A stretch of 64,000 nt of DNA. Source: an uncultured archaeon (GTDB taxonomy: Archaea; Asgardarchaeota; Thorarchaeia; Thorarchaeales; Thorarchaeaceae). Where the stretch lies: contig CAZLEV010000006.1 in assembly GCA_964558645.1 (NCBI GenBank), positions 1 through 64,000 of the forward strand. Reading direction: 5' to 3'. Below are positions 40,773 to 50,382 of this stretch, piece by piece (position 1 is the first letter of the stretch; every line of letters starts with the position of its first letter). The notes under the pieces were generated by a model, which was given only the letters and a program-made list of their open reading frames with translations, was not told the DNA's origin and did not search any database. Position numbers and translations under genes: made by a program.

Positions 40773-42115
40773 ATTATCAGTTCTCCACGCTCCTCAGCCT
40801 CTCTCACCGCTCTTGCCCTCCGTTCCCTTCTTTCAATCTCAAGTCTCCAGATGAAATAAGACATCAATGCCACTGCAATCATGACAATGATTCCAACGAC
40901 TGTATACCATCCTGAAATGAAATGCGAGAGGAAGTCCTTAAGCGGGGCACTTGTGAAATATGGCCAATTGAACGCTAGACCGGAGCTGTAGAGGAAGCCC
41001 ACTATAGTGATTTCCTTGAGATAGCCGATGCTGTACTCATCGCGATCAAAGAAGAATATCATTATCCCCATCCAGAACAAGTACCAAGGCATTACCCACC
41101 TGTAAAGAAACAAGATTGCTGGGAGCATATAGACATACAGAGGAACAAGACTGTTAATCCGCTTCCTCCAGCTCTGTGCCTTGAAATCGGAGAGTGCGGG
41201 CAAGTAGAGTGGGAGGGTATAGAAGAGAAAAGCGACGTAGAGAACCAAGGGAATCAATGCAGGAGGCCACAGGTAATACGTAATGGGATCACGAGTTAAA
41301 TCAGGTGTTGCAAAAGTTAGCCCCGGGTACATTGGATTCACGACATGTGCACTGTAAGAGGATAAGTTCAGGAAGTGCATGATAAGCGACTCGAATCCCA
41401 CTCCCGCAAAAGCAAAGGGTATAACCGTCAGCAACGCAGATACGAAGAACCACACGGATGCCAAGGGGGCGTCAAGGAAGAAAAGAGGGAATGCAACACC
41501 CGGGTATATCTTCGTCTGGACTGCTAGCCCAAGTGTGAACATGGCCTTCCCCATTTGTTTCTCTTGCCTTAATACAAGAGCCATAAGAAGAAGGCAGTCT
41601 ACTATGGGCTCCAGTTTTCCTCCTCCCGCTGACATTATCAACCCATAGACAAAATAACCACCGAAGAACAACCGGGCCCAACGCTCGTGGTAGATCTTGT
41701 CTTTCAAGAGGATGGCAATCAGTACCAGATTAAGATTGAACACAAGTACGAGCAAGAAGTTCAGCCAAAGTGGCTGTAGTTCATTGACACCTGGAAACAG
41801 AGCTGTTGCTATCGAGAAAAATATGAGACCGAACACAGGATACTCATAGGTGATGTTACCTAGGTAATCGGGTAAGACGTGGTTGCCATCATTGAAATCC
41901 CACTCCTCTGGTAAAGCCTCAGCGAGCTCCTGATCAGTCATGTTGTACACAGCAAACCCATAAATCCAGAAAGCCTCACCATACATTTCGTTTCTATTTC
42001 GATCTCTTTGGATAACAAAGGAATTCGCAATGGGTATGGCTACCATGGAGATAACAAGGCTCAGTACAAGATATCTTCGCATCTCGTAAATCTTGAAGGA
42101 GATTGCGCTGAGCAT
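40769..42115 (-). CDS. Polytopic GT-C (GT87/PIG-M-like) membrane glycosyltransferase
   Basis: YEYPVF after the first TM, LAVQTKIYP, PWY..W; many TM segments. Confidence 0.6.
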   Translation of the reverse strand: MLSAISFKIYEMRRYLVLSLVISMVAIPIANSFVIQRDRNRNEMYGEAFWIYGFAVYNMTDQELAEALPEEWDFNDGNHVLPDYLGNITYEYPVFGLIFFSIATALFPGVNELQPLWLNFLLVLVFNLNLVLIAILLKDKIYHERWARLFFGGYFVYGLIMSAGGGKLEPIVDCLLLMALVLRQEKQMGKAMFTLGLAVQTKIYPGVAFPLFFLDAPLASVWFFVSALLTVIPFAFAGVGFESLIMHFLNLSSYSAHVVNPMYPGLTFATPDLTRDPITYYLWPPALIPLVLYVAFLFYTLPLYLPALSDFKAQSWRKRINSLVPLYVYMLPAILFLYRWVMPWYLFWMGIMIFFFDRDEYSIGYLKEITIVGFLYSSGLAFNWPYFTSAPLKDFLSHFISGWYTVVGIIVMIAVALMSYFIWRLEIERRERRARAVREAEERGELII

Positions 42116-42228
42116 TTACTATCGACCTGCCATGTCTGGTTCAACTGAGGAGTTCTTGAACGAGCTCCGAGGGGTGGACAAGTAATTAACCTTTTGTCGG
42201 AAAGCACTAGTATCCAAGGCTCTGCGAC

Positions 42229-44172
42229 CTATGCGAGATAGGTGGGGCAAGGCCAGTTGTCGCACTCTAGGCAATGAGAACACTTCTCGTTATTGATAGT
42301 CACTTTTCCGTCCACAAGATGAAGGGCATTGTGCTCACATTGGGAGATACAAGAACCGCACCCCTGACAGAGAATAGCGCGTTTCACTGCACGTTCAACC
42401 TGTCTACCTAGCAAAGTAATCTCTTCCTCGTTTCTTCCTCGAATGATTAAGGAGCCAGAGCTAAACAGGTTGATGCTATTCTCCCCACGCTTAATCCTGA
42501 GCGCACCAATTTCGTCCCAGTAGACAGTCTTGCCAAATATAGATAACACCTCAGAAAGACGGTTCAGATCTAGTCCAGACGAGAACTGTCCTTCAATCGA
42601 ATAACCGGCTGACACACATGGCGATACCCCCTTCACAATACTCAAGGAGAGGGAGTCACTTGGGGAAGGTCTGTTCTCAGATATCGGGAGGTCAAGTTTC
42701 TCAATTAGACTCATCTGTCCTGATGGCAGTTTTTTCCATCTCCAGAAGCCCATCTCAGCCCATTCCTTTGGAAAGCCATATTCCTCAGCCCAACGCATTA
42801 AGGCATTCATCCAGCGTTCATACAGCACGGGATGACTATGCTCGAGCTGTTGGATTTCGGCGAGAGGAGAAGAAGGACAGAGGTAGCAGCCCATTCTCTG
42901 ATAACCTTCATTATACAGAGGATTGAACTCTGCTTTCTCCCGAAATATGTAGAGCCATACTTCTAGAGCATTCCAGTCTTGGATTGGGTTTGCAGATATC
43001 TGTCCAGGTACCCAGGGATTGGATGAGACTCTGGGTTCTATTGAGCGGTTGAAGGACTCCAGCTTGCGTTGTCCCATGAAGGCCAGTGTATCGCTACCGA
43101 GCTTCTCTGCTATCGCAGTTGCTGCAGGACCTAACTTTAGCACTTTACAGCACCAACGGAAGTCTCGTGCCGGAGGACCGAATATTTCAAGGGAGTCCCA
43201 GAATCGATCAGCTGCATCCGAACTTATCAGGTCTGCGTCCCTTCCAGCTGCAAATCGTTCAATGTAGTCCACAGTTTCAGGTAACTCTAGCCCCGTATTC
43301 AGAAAGAAGATAGGGGGTGACCTCCCGAGAGCCTTCTCTACCAAGAGGTACGTGACCAGTGAGTCCTTGCCACCACTAAAGCCCACTGATATTGGAAGAT
43401 TCTTCTCTTCAGAAACATGACGTATGAACGAAATGGATTCGTTTTCAATCCGCTCAAGATTTCCACTATTGGACTTGATTGCTTCGTCCCACGAAGACGC
43501 CTTGGTGTTGACCTTGGGAGGTGTGGGTTCGGAGAACTCACGTATCTTGATTGCATAGCCCTTTTCCTCTTTCCCCATGGCCTCACCATTCATACGGGCA
43601 ATGCCCACCCCAATGACCAGACCATCATAGTCAATAAGCCACACTTCGGCTCCCTCTTCGATTTCAGCATCGCACCCAGCAATTCCGGGCAACATAAGAT
43701 TGGCACCTTTTCGAAGAAAGGGTATCGCATCTTGATGTACTGATATCCAATTCTTCTTGCTGTGTTGACTTACTCTGCGGCCGCCCTCGGGCGTGAGTAG
43801 AAATGTGTAACCCATCGTCGCGATATCGAATCTGAGTCGTCCAATTATGTAACCGTCCACGATAATCTCGTACATAGCATCGAGAGCACCGACTTTGTTT
43901 ATCACAACCGTTTTATTGCTCGGGACAGTCTTCTCCCCAACCCCCTCTCCGTATTGCTTATCGAGAGTGGCTCTTATCGATTGGATGTGCCCTTCCATGG
44001 CAGGATAGGGATCACCTGGTGGAGTTATCTGGACTTTCTTTGGGCTCTCTCCACAGACCGAACAAGGGTTGGCTTCAACTAGTGGAACATTGCATGTGTC
44101 ACACCAGAATAGCCGTATGCGCGTTAGGTACGGTGCATGCCCTCTACGAAACCTTCTGCTTCTCTTAGCCAG
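42229..44172 (-). CDS. PAPS-reductase-family protein with PUA and 4Fe-4S domains; probable CTG start
   Basis: SGGKDS, RWCC, RMGCYLCP, C-terminal ferredoxin; conserved WCDxCNVPL..CxxCG..PPGD lies upstream of the first ATG (43998). Confidence 0.85.
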   Translation of the reverse strand: MAKRSRRFRRGHAPYLTRIRLFWCDTCNVPLVEANPCSVCGESPKKVQITPPGDPYPAMEGHIQSIRATLDKQYGEGVGEKTVPSNKTVVINKVGALDAMYEIIVDGYIIGRLRFDIATMGYTFLLTPEGGRRVSQHSKKNWISVHQDAIPFLRKGANLMLPGIAGCDAEIEEGAEVWLIDYDGLVIGVGIARMNGEAMGKEEKGYAIKIREFSEPTPPKVNTKASSWDEAIKSNSGNLERIENESISFIRHVSEEKNLPISVGFSGGKDSLVTYLLVEKALGRSPPIFFLNTGLELPETVDYIERFAAGRDADLISSDAADRFWDSLEIFGPPARDFRWCCKVLKLGPAATAIAEKLGSDTLAFMGQRKLESFNRSIEPRVSSNPWVPGQISANPIQDWNALEVWLYIFREKAEFNPLYNEGYQRMGCYLCPSSPLAEIQQLEHSHPVLYERWMNALMRWAEEYGFPKEWAEMGFWRWKKLPSGQMSLIEKLDLPISENRPSPSDSLSLSIVKGVSPCVSAGYSIEGQFSSGLDLNRLSEVLSIFGKTVYWDEIGALRIKRGENSINLFSSGSLIIRGRNEEEITLLGRQVERAVKRAILCQGCGSCISQCEHNALHLVDGKVTINNEKCSHCLECDNWPCPTYLA

Positions 44173-44203
44173 TCAGAAACACATCTCCTCGTGTACCGTG
44201 AAC

Positions 44204-44866
44204 TCAGTCGAATCCTTCGAGAATCGTCTTTCCACGACTTGCCCCGATTCGGGTGGCTCCCGCCTCAATCATCGACTTTGCATCCTCAAAGCTGCCGATA
44301 CCTCCAGCGGCTTTGATTCCCAGACGACCTCCAACAACCTCATGCATGATTTGGATGTCAACCACTGAGGCACCTCTTGGGCCGAATCCAGTGGATGTCT
44401 TAACAAAACGAGCCCCTGCCTTCTCCGCCAGATTGCAGGCCATCCGAATCTCATTTTCGGACAGATAGCCTGTTTCAAGAATCACTTTCACAGGGTTTGC
44501 TTTTGCGGCCTCTACAACTGCTTGGATATCCTCAATCACATATCCAGTCTTTCCGGATTTGAAAGCGCCTATGTTCATTACCATGTCGATTTCGGTTGCG
44601 CCACTTCGTATTGCCACGGCGGCTTCAAACGCCTTGGCTTCCGTGGTCATTGCACCCAAGGGGAACCCAACAACACTGCAAATCTCAATGTCGCTCCCTT
44701 TCAGGGACTCAGCTGCAGTACTGACATTGCAGCTATTCACACAGATTGCTCCAAAGCCATAATCGAGAGCCTCCTTACAGATCTCGCGAATCCTCTGTTC
44801 GGTTGCATCGGGTTTGAGTTCTGTATGATCAATCATCTGAGCCAGTTTCTCTCGGGTAAGAGTCAC
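44204..44866 (-). CDS. deoC: Deoxyribose-phosphate aldolase
   Basis: IDHT.LK, GFPLG, EIDMV, FVKTSTGF, KAAGGI. Confidence 0.97.
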   Translation of the reverse strand: MTLTREKLAQMIDHTELKPDATEQRIREICKEALDYGFGAICVNSCNVSTAAESLKGSDIEICSVVGFPLGAMTTEAKAFEAAVAIRSGATEIDMVMNIGAFKSGKTGYVIEDIQAVVEAAKANPVKVILETGYLSENEIRMACNLAEKAGARFVKTSTGFGPRGASVVDIQIMHEVVGGRLGIKAAGGIGSFEDAKSMIEAGATRIGASRGKTILEGFD

Positions 44867-44944
44867 GCTATCAACTCCAGAGAGAAGGGCCGACTGCTAT
44901 ATTATTAACCCCTTCGAATGGTGAGTTTTCCCAAAGGAATAGAA

Positions 44945-45280
44945 TCAGGGTCCACCAAGATAGCTCCGAATATCATCAAGGACTTCCTTTTGAAGCCGGA
45001 TTACGTCATGAACTTCAATCTCTTCGGCATCCTTCACGACAGAACTCAGTTGCACAACAGTACCGACAGCTTCTACCTTAGCGAAATCGACTGGAAACTC
45101 AACTTCTGCGCCTTTGACAATGAGCTCAGATCGTGTAGGATGAAGCCCGATACGGATACTTCGTACGATTCCTATTCGACGAGCTCGGCTGTCCAGTACC
45201 TCTTTTCCCAGTAGCCGTCCAGGCATGCTGAGTTCGTACAACTCGGCCTCGATGTTCGGCATTGCCTCCTTCGTAGTCAT
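44945..45280 (-). CDS. PRC-barrel domain protein
   Basis: LLGKEVLDS.ARRIGIV, VEAVGTVV. Confidence 0.75.
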   Translation of the reverse strand: MTTKEAMPNIEAELYELSMPGRLLGKEVLDSRARRIGIVRSIRIGLHPTRSELIVKGAEVEFPVDFAKVEAVGTVVQLSSVVKDAEEIEVHDVIRLQKEVLDDIRSYLGGP

Positions 45281-45475
45281 TCCAGATGGGCTCCTATGTT
45301 TCTAAGCCTGACTCGCAAAGCAGGCTTTAAACAGTGAGTATTATCATGTCTTCGTGGATGTGCTGTGCCACTACAAGAATCAAACGAACTGAAACGTTAT
45401 CCAGTAGGAGGCTTTAAACAGACAGGCTAACTCGTTGATAGTGTACACCCATTTCCTAATCCAGAGGCTGGTCGA

Positions 45476-47791
45476 TTGAGCGGAACTGAGTCCTTCGTCA
45501 GGACTGAACTAATCAGGGAGGGCAGCATAGAATATCGTACATACCAAATGAGCCTAGCTGACATAGCTTCCAAGAAGAGTTCGCTCATAGTCTTAAGCAC
45601 CGGTCTCGGAAAGACCATCATTGCAGCGCTTGTTGCTGCCAAGAGGCTCTCGGAACACGAAGGCTCGAAAGTGGTCTTTCTGGCCCCCTCCAGACCGCTG
45701 GTGGACCAACAGACAAGATTTCTGAGACGAGTAATTGATATTGACTCTGCCAGTATTGTATGCCTAACAGGTCAAGATTCCCCCGATGAGAGAGCCGCCA
45801 CATGGAGAGACGCACAGATCATTGCTATGACACCGCAAGCCCTCCAGAATGACTTGATACAGAGAAGCTACAATCTTGAAGATGTGTCGCTGATAGTATA
45901 CGACGAGGCTCATAGGGGAGTCGGAAACTATGCGTACACCTTCGTTGCAGAGCTTTACGAGATGCAGGGGAAGAACAGACTCTCTCTGGGGTTGACAGCC
46001 TCACCAGGTCACAGGACAGAAGACATCCGGACCGTATGCGAGAACCTACGACTGGATCACGTAGAGGTAAGAAGTGAAACAAGTCCTGATGTGAAGCAGT
46101 ATATTGTGTCGATAGACAGAGACATTCGCTATCTCCATCTTCCATCCGAAGTAGAGGTATTGCGAGATATCCTGTATGAGCTACTAGAAGAATACGCACG
46201 TCCTGTGCGAAACTATGGGTTTTCACTGCCCGATAGTAGACGTATGAGTCGAAGAGACATTCTAAAGACACAGGGCCAAGTGAGAAGAGAGATTGGCTCA
46301 TATACGAAACCGCCCAGTCATCTCTTTCTCCTTATCAGAAATCTCACTGCAGCCATTCGGATTGTGTATCTTCTGGAGTTCATAGGAACTCAAGGTCTTG
46401 CACCAACACACAGATACATTCAAGGTATGTACGAGGAGGTTAGGAATAAGAAGAGCTCTAAAGGGGTCAAGGACCTCATGTCTCGCAGCGAGTTCAAGCA
46501 GTTTGAGAACCTTCTACAAGCACTGATTGAAAAAGGATACAGACATCCAAAGGCAGATGCCATACTTGAGATTGTAAGCGAACAGCTTTCATTCGACAAG
46601 GACTCTAGAATTCTTATATTCACGAGATTCAGGGACACAGCGGCAGAAGTGGTTGAAGTCCTTGAACAGCTTGATGATGTTCGTGTTAGCAGATTTGTGG
46701 GGCAGAGCTCGAGAGGCTTAGACAAAGGATTCACTCAGAAGAAACAAGTTGAGATTCTAGACGGCTTTCGAAACAACGAGTTCAATGTACTGGTCGCGAC
46801 ACAAGTAGGAGAGGAGGGACTTGACATTCCTGAGTGTAACCTTGTAGTTTTTTATGACTGCGTTCCGTCCATAGTGCCCTATATTCAACGCAGAGGAAGG
46901 ACCGGAAGAAGAGTTCCAGGACGCGTAGTGATATTTGTGGCAAAGGGAACCCATGATGAATACTATCACTGGAGTGTGGTGAGCAAGCTGAAGAAGATGC
47001 CAGAGGCGCTCAAGGAAACGGAGGACGGCGGAGAGAGCTTACAGACCAATCTCGAAGAGTATGTCTTGAAGGAAACAGGCGAAGACCCGCCAGAGATCAG
47101 GATACCAAAGGTGCACACGAAGGATGAACGAGTCCGTTTGATCGTAGATTCGCGGGAGCTTCCTACTGCAGTCCCCCGAGAGTTGACACGACTAGGTGTC
47201 GAGATATCAGGAGAATCACTGCAGATTGGCGACTACATAGCGTCCGAAGAAGTTGGAATCGAGAGAAAAGAGAGTGGAGATTTCCTTCAGTCTCTTATCG
47301 ATGGTAGACTGTTCTCGCAACTGAACTCGCTTCGTTCCGCCTATAGAAGAGCTGTTTTGATTATAGAAGGAGAACAACTAACGGGTCAGAGAGCAATAAA
47401 TCCTGCATCTATATACGGTGCTCTTGCATCAATTGCCATTCGAATTCAAGTACCCATCATCTGGACGAAAGACGCGGAGCAAACTGCCCAGGTATTATAC
47501 AGGATTGCCAGAATGGAACAGATTGACGAGAATAGGTCATTGCGTACACGCACAGGTGACGCCAAGAGCTCGGATGCAGAAACACTCGAGTACATTCTCT
47601 CAGGGTTCCCTTTTGTTGATACTGTCACGTCACGGGCCATCTTCGAGAGATTTGGCACGCTTGAACGCATATTCAGTGCCTCAGAGAAAGAGCTCAAGAT
47701 AGTGAAGGGTGTTGGACCTAAGATTGCTGGAAGAATGAAGCGACTGTTGGGTACGATTCATCCCATGTACAAGAAATCGGAAGAAGACTAG
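45476..47791 (+). CDS. hef: Hef (FANCM/XPF) helicase-nuclease
   Basis: TGLGKT, DEAH, QRRGRTGR, ERCC4 GDY..ERK, HhH. Confidence 0.94.
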   Translation: MSGTESFVRTELIREGSIEYRTYQMSLADIASKKSSLIVLSTGLGKTIIAALVAAKRLSEHEGSKVVFLAPSRPLVDQQTRFLRRVIDIDSASIVCLTGQDSPDERAATWRDAQIIAMTPQALQNDLIQRSYNLEDVSLIVYDEAHRGVGNYAYTFVAELYEMQGKNRLSLGLTASPGHRTEDIRTVCENLRLDHVEVRSETSPDVKQYIVSIDRDIRYLHLPSEVEVLRDILYELLEEYARPVRNYGFSLPDSRRMSRRDILKTQGQVRREIGSYTKPPSHLFLLIRNLTAAIRIVYLLEFIGTQGLAPTHRYIQGMYEEVRNKKSSKGVKDLMSRSEFKQFENLLQALIEKGYRHPKADAILEIVSEQLSFDKDSRILIFTRFRDTAAEVVEVLEQLDDVRVSRFVGQSSRGLDKGFTQKKQVEILDGFRNNEFNVLVATQVGEEGLDIPECNLVVFYDCVPSIVPYIQRRGRTGRRVPGRVVIFVAKGTHDEYYHWSVVSKLKKMPEALKETEDGGESLQTNLEEYVLKETGEDPPEIRIPKVHTKDERVRLIVDSRELPTAVPRELTRLGVEISGESLQIGDYIASEEVGIERKESGDFLQSLIDGRLFSQLNSLRSAYRRAVLIIEGEQLTGQRAINPASIYGALASIAIRIQVPIIWTKDAEQTAQVLYRIARMEQIDENRSLRTRTGDAKSSDAETLEYILSGFPFVDTVTSRAIFERFGTLERIFSASEKELKIVKGVGPKIAGRMKRLLGTIHPMYKKSEED

Positions 47792-48543
47792 TACACCTTG
47801 GGGTTTCGTCCTTTGCCCTCTCGAAAGGCCTTTCTGAAGAAGTCAGTGACTTGGCGACTTACCGTCCAATATCGTTCGTAGTCGGGATCATCGAGGTAAA
47901 GAATGCTCAGAATTCTTCTTAGAGCGATATATACCTCTGGATCGATTGCCGATACTTGTTCTAGTGTTTCCTCTGCGCTCTTACGGCCCTTCCTCCAGAG
48001 AGAATCCCATTCAATGAACTGATCTACTATCCTCCTGAGAGTCTCCTCATCTGGAATGGCAAAGCCAAGAGTCCTCATGACCTCAATGATGTCTAGTGAG
48101 GTACTGATATCCGCTGTAGGACGTTCAGGCAATGCTGCCAAGTTTCCAGTGGCAAGGAATATGTTCTCTGCCGTTGCGCGCCAAAGCTTCTTGAGAATGT
48201 GAGTGTCCCCATTTCCTGCAGGTTCGTATCCATCCTGTTTGACAAGCCCACTCCGCTCCAGCTCCTTCAGGTGATAGCGCACTGTCTGGGGCTTAATGGT
48301 ATTGTCTGGATCCTTCTTGGCAAGGAAATCTACTAGTTCGGATGTTGACATACGTCTTGCCTTGAGTGCGTACAGTATACGACGGCGACTCTCATCATTC
48401 AATGCATGGACTGCTGCAACGGCCTCTTCACCGGTGAGTATCTTCAGGGTGTCCATGTTCTTGTCTCCGAGGTCTTGAGTCAGGGCTCGTGACAGTGCTG
48501 CCAGCCCTGATGTCTCTTCGTCAGTATCTAACCCTACCCCCAA
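47788..48543 (-). CDS. ArsR-like winged-helix transcriptional regulator (start possibly 48456)
   Basis: AL.DESRRRIL..L, TVRYHLKELERSGLV. Confidence 0.82.
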   Translation of the reverse strand: MGVGLDTDEETSGLAALSRALTQDLGDKNMDTLKILTGEEAVAAVHALNDESRRRILYALKARRMSTSELVDFLAKKDPDNTIKPQTVRYHLKELERSGLVKQDGYEPAGNGDTHILKKLWRATAENIFLATGNLAALPERPTADISTSLDIIEVMRTLGFAIPDEETLRRIVDQFIEWDSLWRKGRKSAEETLEQVSAIDPEVYIALRRILSILYLDDPDYERYWTVSRQVTDFFRKAFREGKGRNPKVY

Positions 48544-48593
48544 CAGAATCGCGCCCTATTAGAGTGTCATGATTCGTGAACATAGACATAGGT

Positions 48594-48839
48594 CTATGCC
48601 GGAACGTAAATCCACTGGCGCATATCTTGTAGGCAGGGTACTCTCTTGATTAGTCTCTTCTTCAACAGTTTCCGAAGAGCGTATCTGACAGTTCGTGGTG
48701 CAAAAGAAACCTTATCCAATAGCTGCTTTGGAGTGACTCCATCTTTGCCGCTGCTTCTAAGGATGTCGAGCACTATCATCTGACTCTTTGTAAGCTTGAT
48801 ATCTTTCAGTTCTTCTTGAAGTTCTTTATCGGTCATCAT
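48594..48839 (-). CDS. Small winged-helix (MarR-like) DNA-binding protein
   Basis: LTKSQ..VL, APRTVRYALRKL, DMRQWIY. Confidence 0.82.
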   Translation of the reverse strand: MMTDKELQEELKDIKLTKSQMIVLDILRSSGKDGVTPKQLLDKVSFAPRTVRYALRKLLKKRLIKRVPCLQDMRQWIYVPA

Positions 48840-48880
48840 TTTTCGTTTCGTTCTCCTATTGTAACTTGATCCCGATAGCC

Positions 48881-48992
48881 TGACGCGGGATGCCTGTTTC
48901 AGCATCGCGTCACACCATATATCATTAACATCACATTTATGTTTATTAAGTTATCGCAGCTCAGAGTAACTTAACGCGGTGTTAGACCGCGT
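48881..48992. promoter_or_regulatory. Cluster of inverted repeats in the divergent wHTH/glmU intergenic region
   Basis: TGACGCG..GATGC/GCATCGCGTCA (48881-48912); TTAAGTTA-N13-TAACTTAA (48946-48974); ACGCGGT-N5-ACCGCGT (48974-48992). Confidence 0.5.
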
Positions 48993-49107
48993 ATTTCAAC
49001 GTTTGTTTAAATAAAACTTAGTCCAAGTATTCTGATGGTTACGACCTGTAACTAGCAAGGCGCCAAATGCTTTAATCACACCATGATACATCACCAGATG
49101 ACTCACG

Positions 49108-50382
49108 ATGAAAGCAGCCGTACTAGCCGCTGGCGATTCTACACGGATGAAACCCTTGTCGGCATATAGACCAAAGCACCTGCTCCCCATTGCCGGAAAG
49201 CCCCTCATACACCACACTCTGCACTCATTGGCACAAGCAGGCATACAAGAAACTCTGATCATATATGGTTACAGGGGGATGGAGCTAAAACAGAATATTG
49301 ACTCACATGACTGGGGAGAAATGAGTATCTCGTATGTGGAGCAAGAAGAGAGGAAAGGCACGGCACATGCGGCGTCCTATGCGCGAGACTTTGCAGGTGA
49401 CGACAACGTATTACTCATGAACGGAGATGTTCTTGTTGGCTCTGGGTCGTTTCGAACGCTAATAGAGCATCATGACAAGACTGATGCAGAAGTGACTCTG
49501 TCTGTTGCATCGATGGAAGACCCCACACCATATGGAATTGTGGTAGAGGAAGATGGACACGCTCTTGATATTATTGAGAAACCATCTAGAGATCAACTGG
49601 TGAGTAATCTAGTCAATGTGGGAATCTACGTTGCTGGGCCAGCGCTATGGGATGCAATTGAGAAGACTGGCCTCTCCAGCCGGGGCGAATACGAAATCAC
49701 CGATTCTATCAGGACCTTAATTGAAGCAGGAGGCGTTACTGTATGCAAGCTGTCAACTTGGTGGAAAGACATCGGTAAGCCTTGGGACTTGCTGACGGCA
49801 AACGAGCTCGTTCTGAAAGAGGTCGCGGGAAGAACAGACGGAGATATCGAGAAAGGAGCAGTTGTTCGTGGTGAGGTAGTCATTGAGGAGGGAGCAATAG
49901 TTAGAGCAGGGGCATATATCACGGGGCCCTCGTATATTTCGAGCGGGTGTGTAGTGGGCCCTAACTGCTACATTCGTCCTCATACTTACTTGGGCCACAG
50001 AGTGAAAGTTGGCAACGCCGTAGAGGTCAAGAATTCGGTCATAATGGAGAACTCGAGTATAGGACACTTGTCATATGTTGGCGACTCAGTAATAGGTAGA
50101 AATGTAAACTTTGGAGCCGGAACTATCACCGCCAATCTCAGGCATGATGACCAGTCTGTCTGGGTAACTGTAAAGGAGAAGCGCACTGACTCTGGACGGC
50201 GGAAGCTTGGGGCCATTATTGGTGACAACGTCAAGACCGGAATAGGGACGTTGTTGTCCCCCGGAGTTGTCTTGAACGAGGACTCGCAAACAGGCATGGG
50301 TGTTATCGTGAATCAGGATGTTGGTGCCGGAGAGTTGTTGATTGTCGAACAGCCCAGACGTAGGTTGAAGAGAGAACAGTGA
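49108..50382 (+). CDS. glmU: Bifunctional sugar-1-phosphate nucleotidyltransferase/acetyltransferase (archaeal GlmU)
   Basis: LAAG..TRM.P, PK.L, hexapeptide repeats, HLSYVGDS, ANLRHD. Confidence 0.9.
   Translation: MKAAVLAAGDSTRMKPLSAYRPKHLLPIAGKPLIHHTLHSLAQAGIQETLIIYGYRGMELKQNIDSHDWGEMSISYVEQEERKGTAHAASYARDFAGDDNVLLMNGDVLVGSGSFRTLIEHHDKTDAEVTLSVASMEDPTPYGIVVEEDGHALDIIEKPSRDQLVSNLVNVGIYVAGPALWDAIEKTGLSSRGEYEITDSIRTLIEAGGVTVCKLSTWWKDIGKPWDLLTANELVLKEVAGRTDGDIEKGAVVRGEVVIEEGAIVRAGAYITGPSYISSGCVVGPNCYIRPHTYLGHRVKVGNAVEVKNSVIMENSSIGHLSYVGDSVIGRNVNFGAGTITANLRHDDQSVWVTVKEKRTDSGRRKLGAIIGDNVKTGIGTLLSPGVVLNEDSQTGMGVIVNQDVGAGELLIVEQPRRRLKREQ

Noticed and set aside
45322-45421. Direct repeat AGGCTTTAAACAG twice
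   Set aside because: Only two copies, both TATA-like in a divergent promoter region; not CRISPR or att
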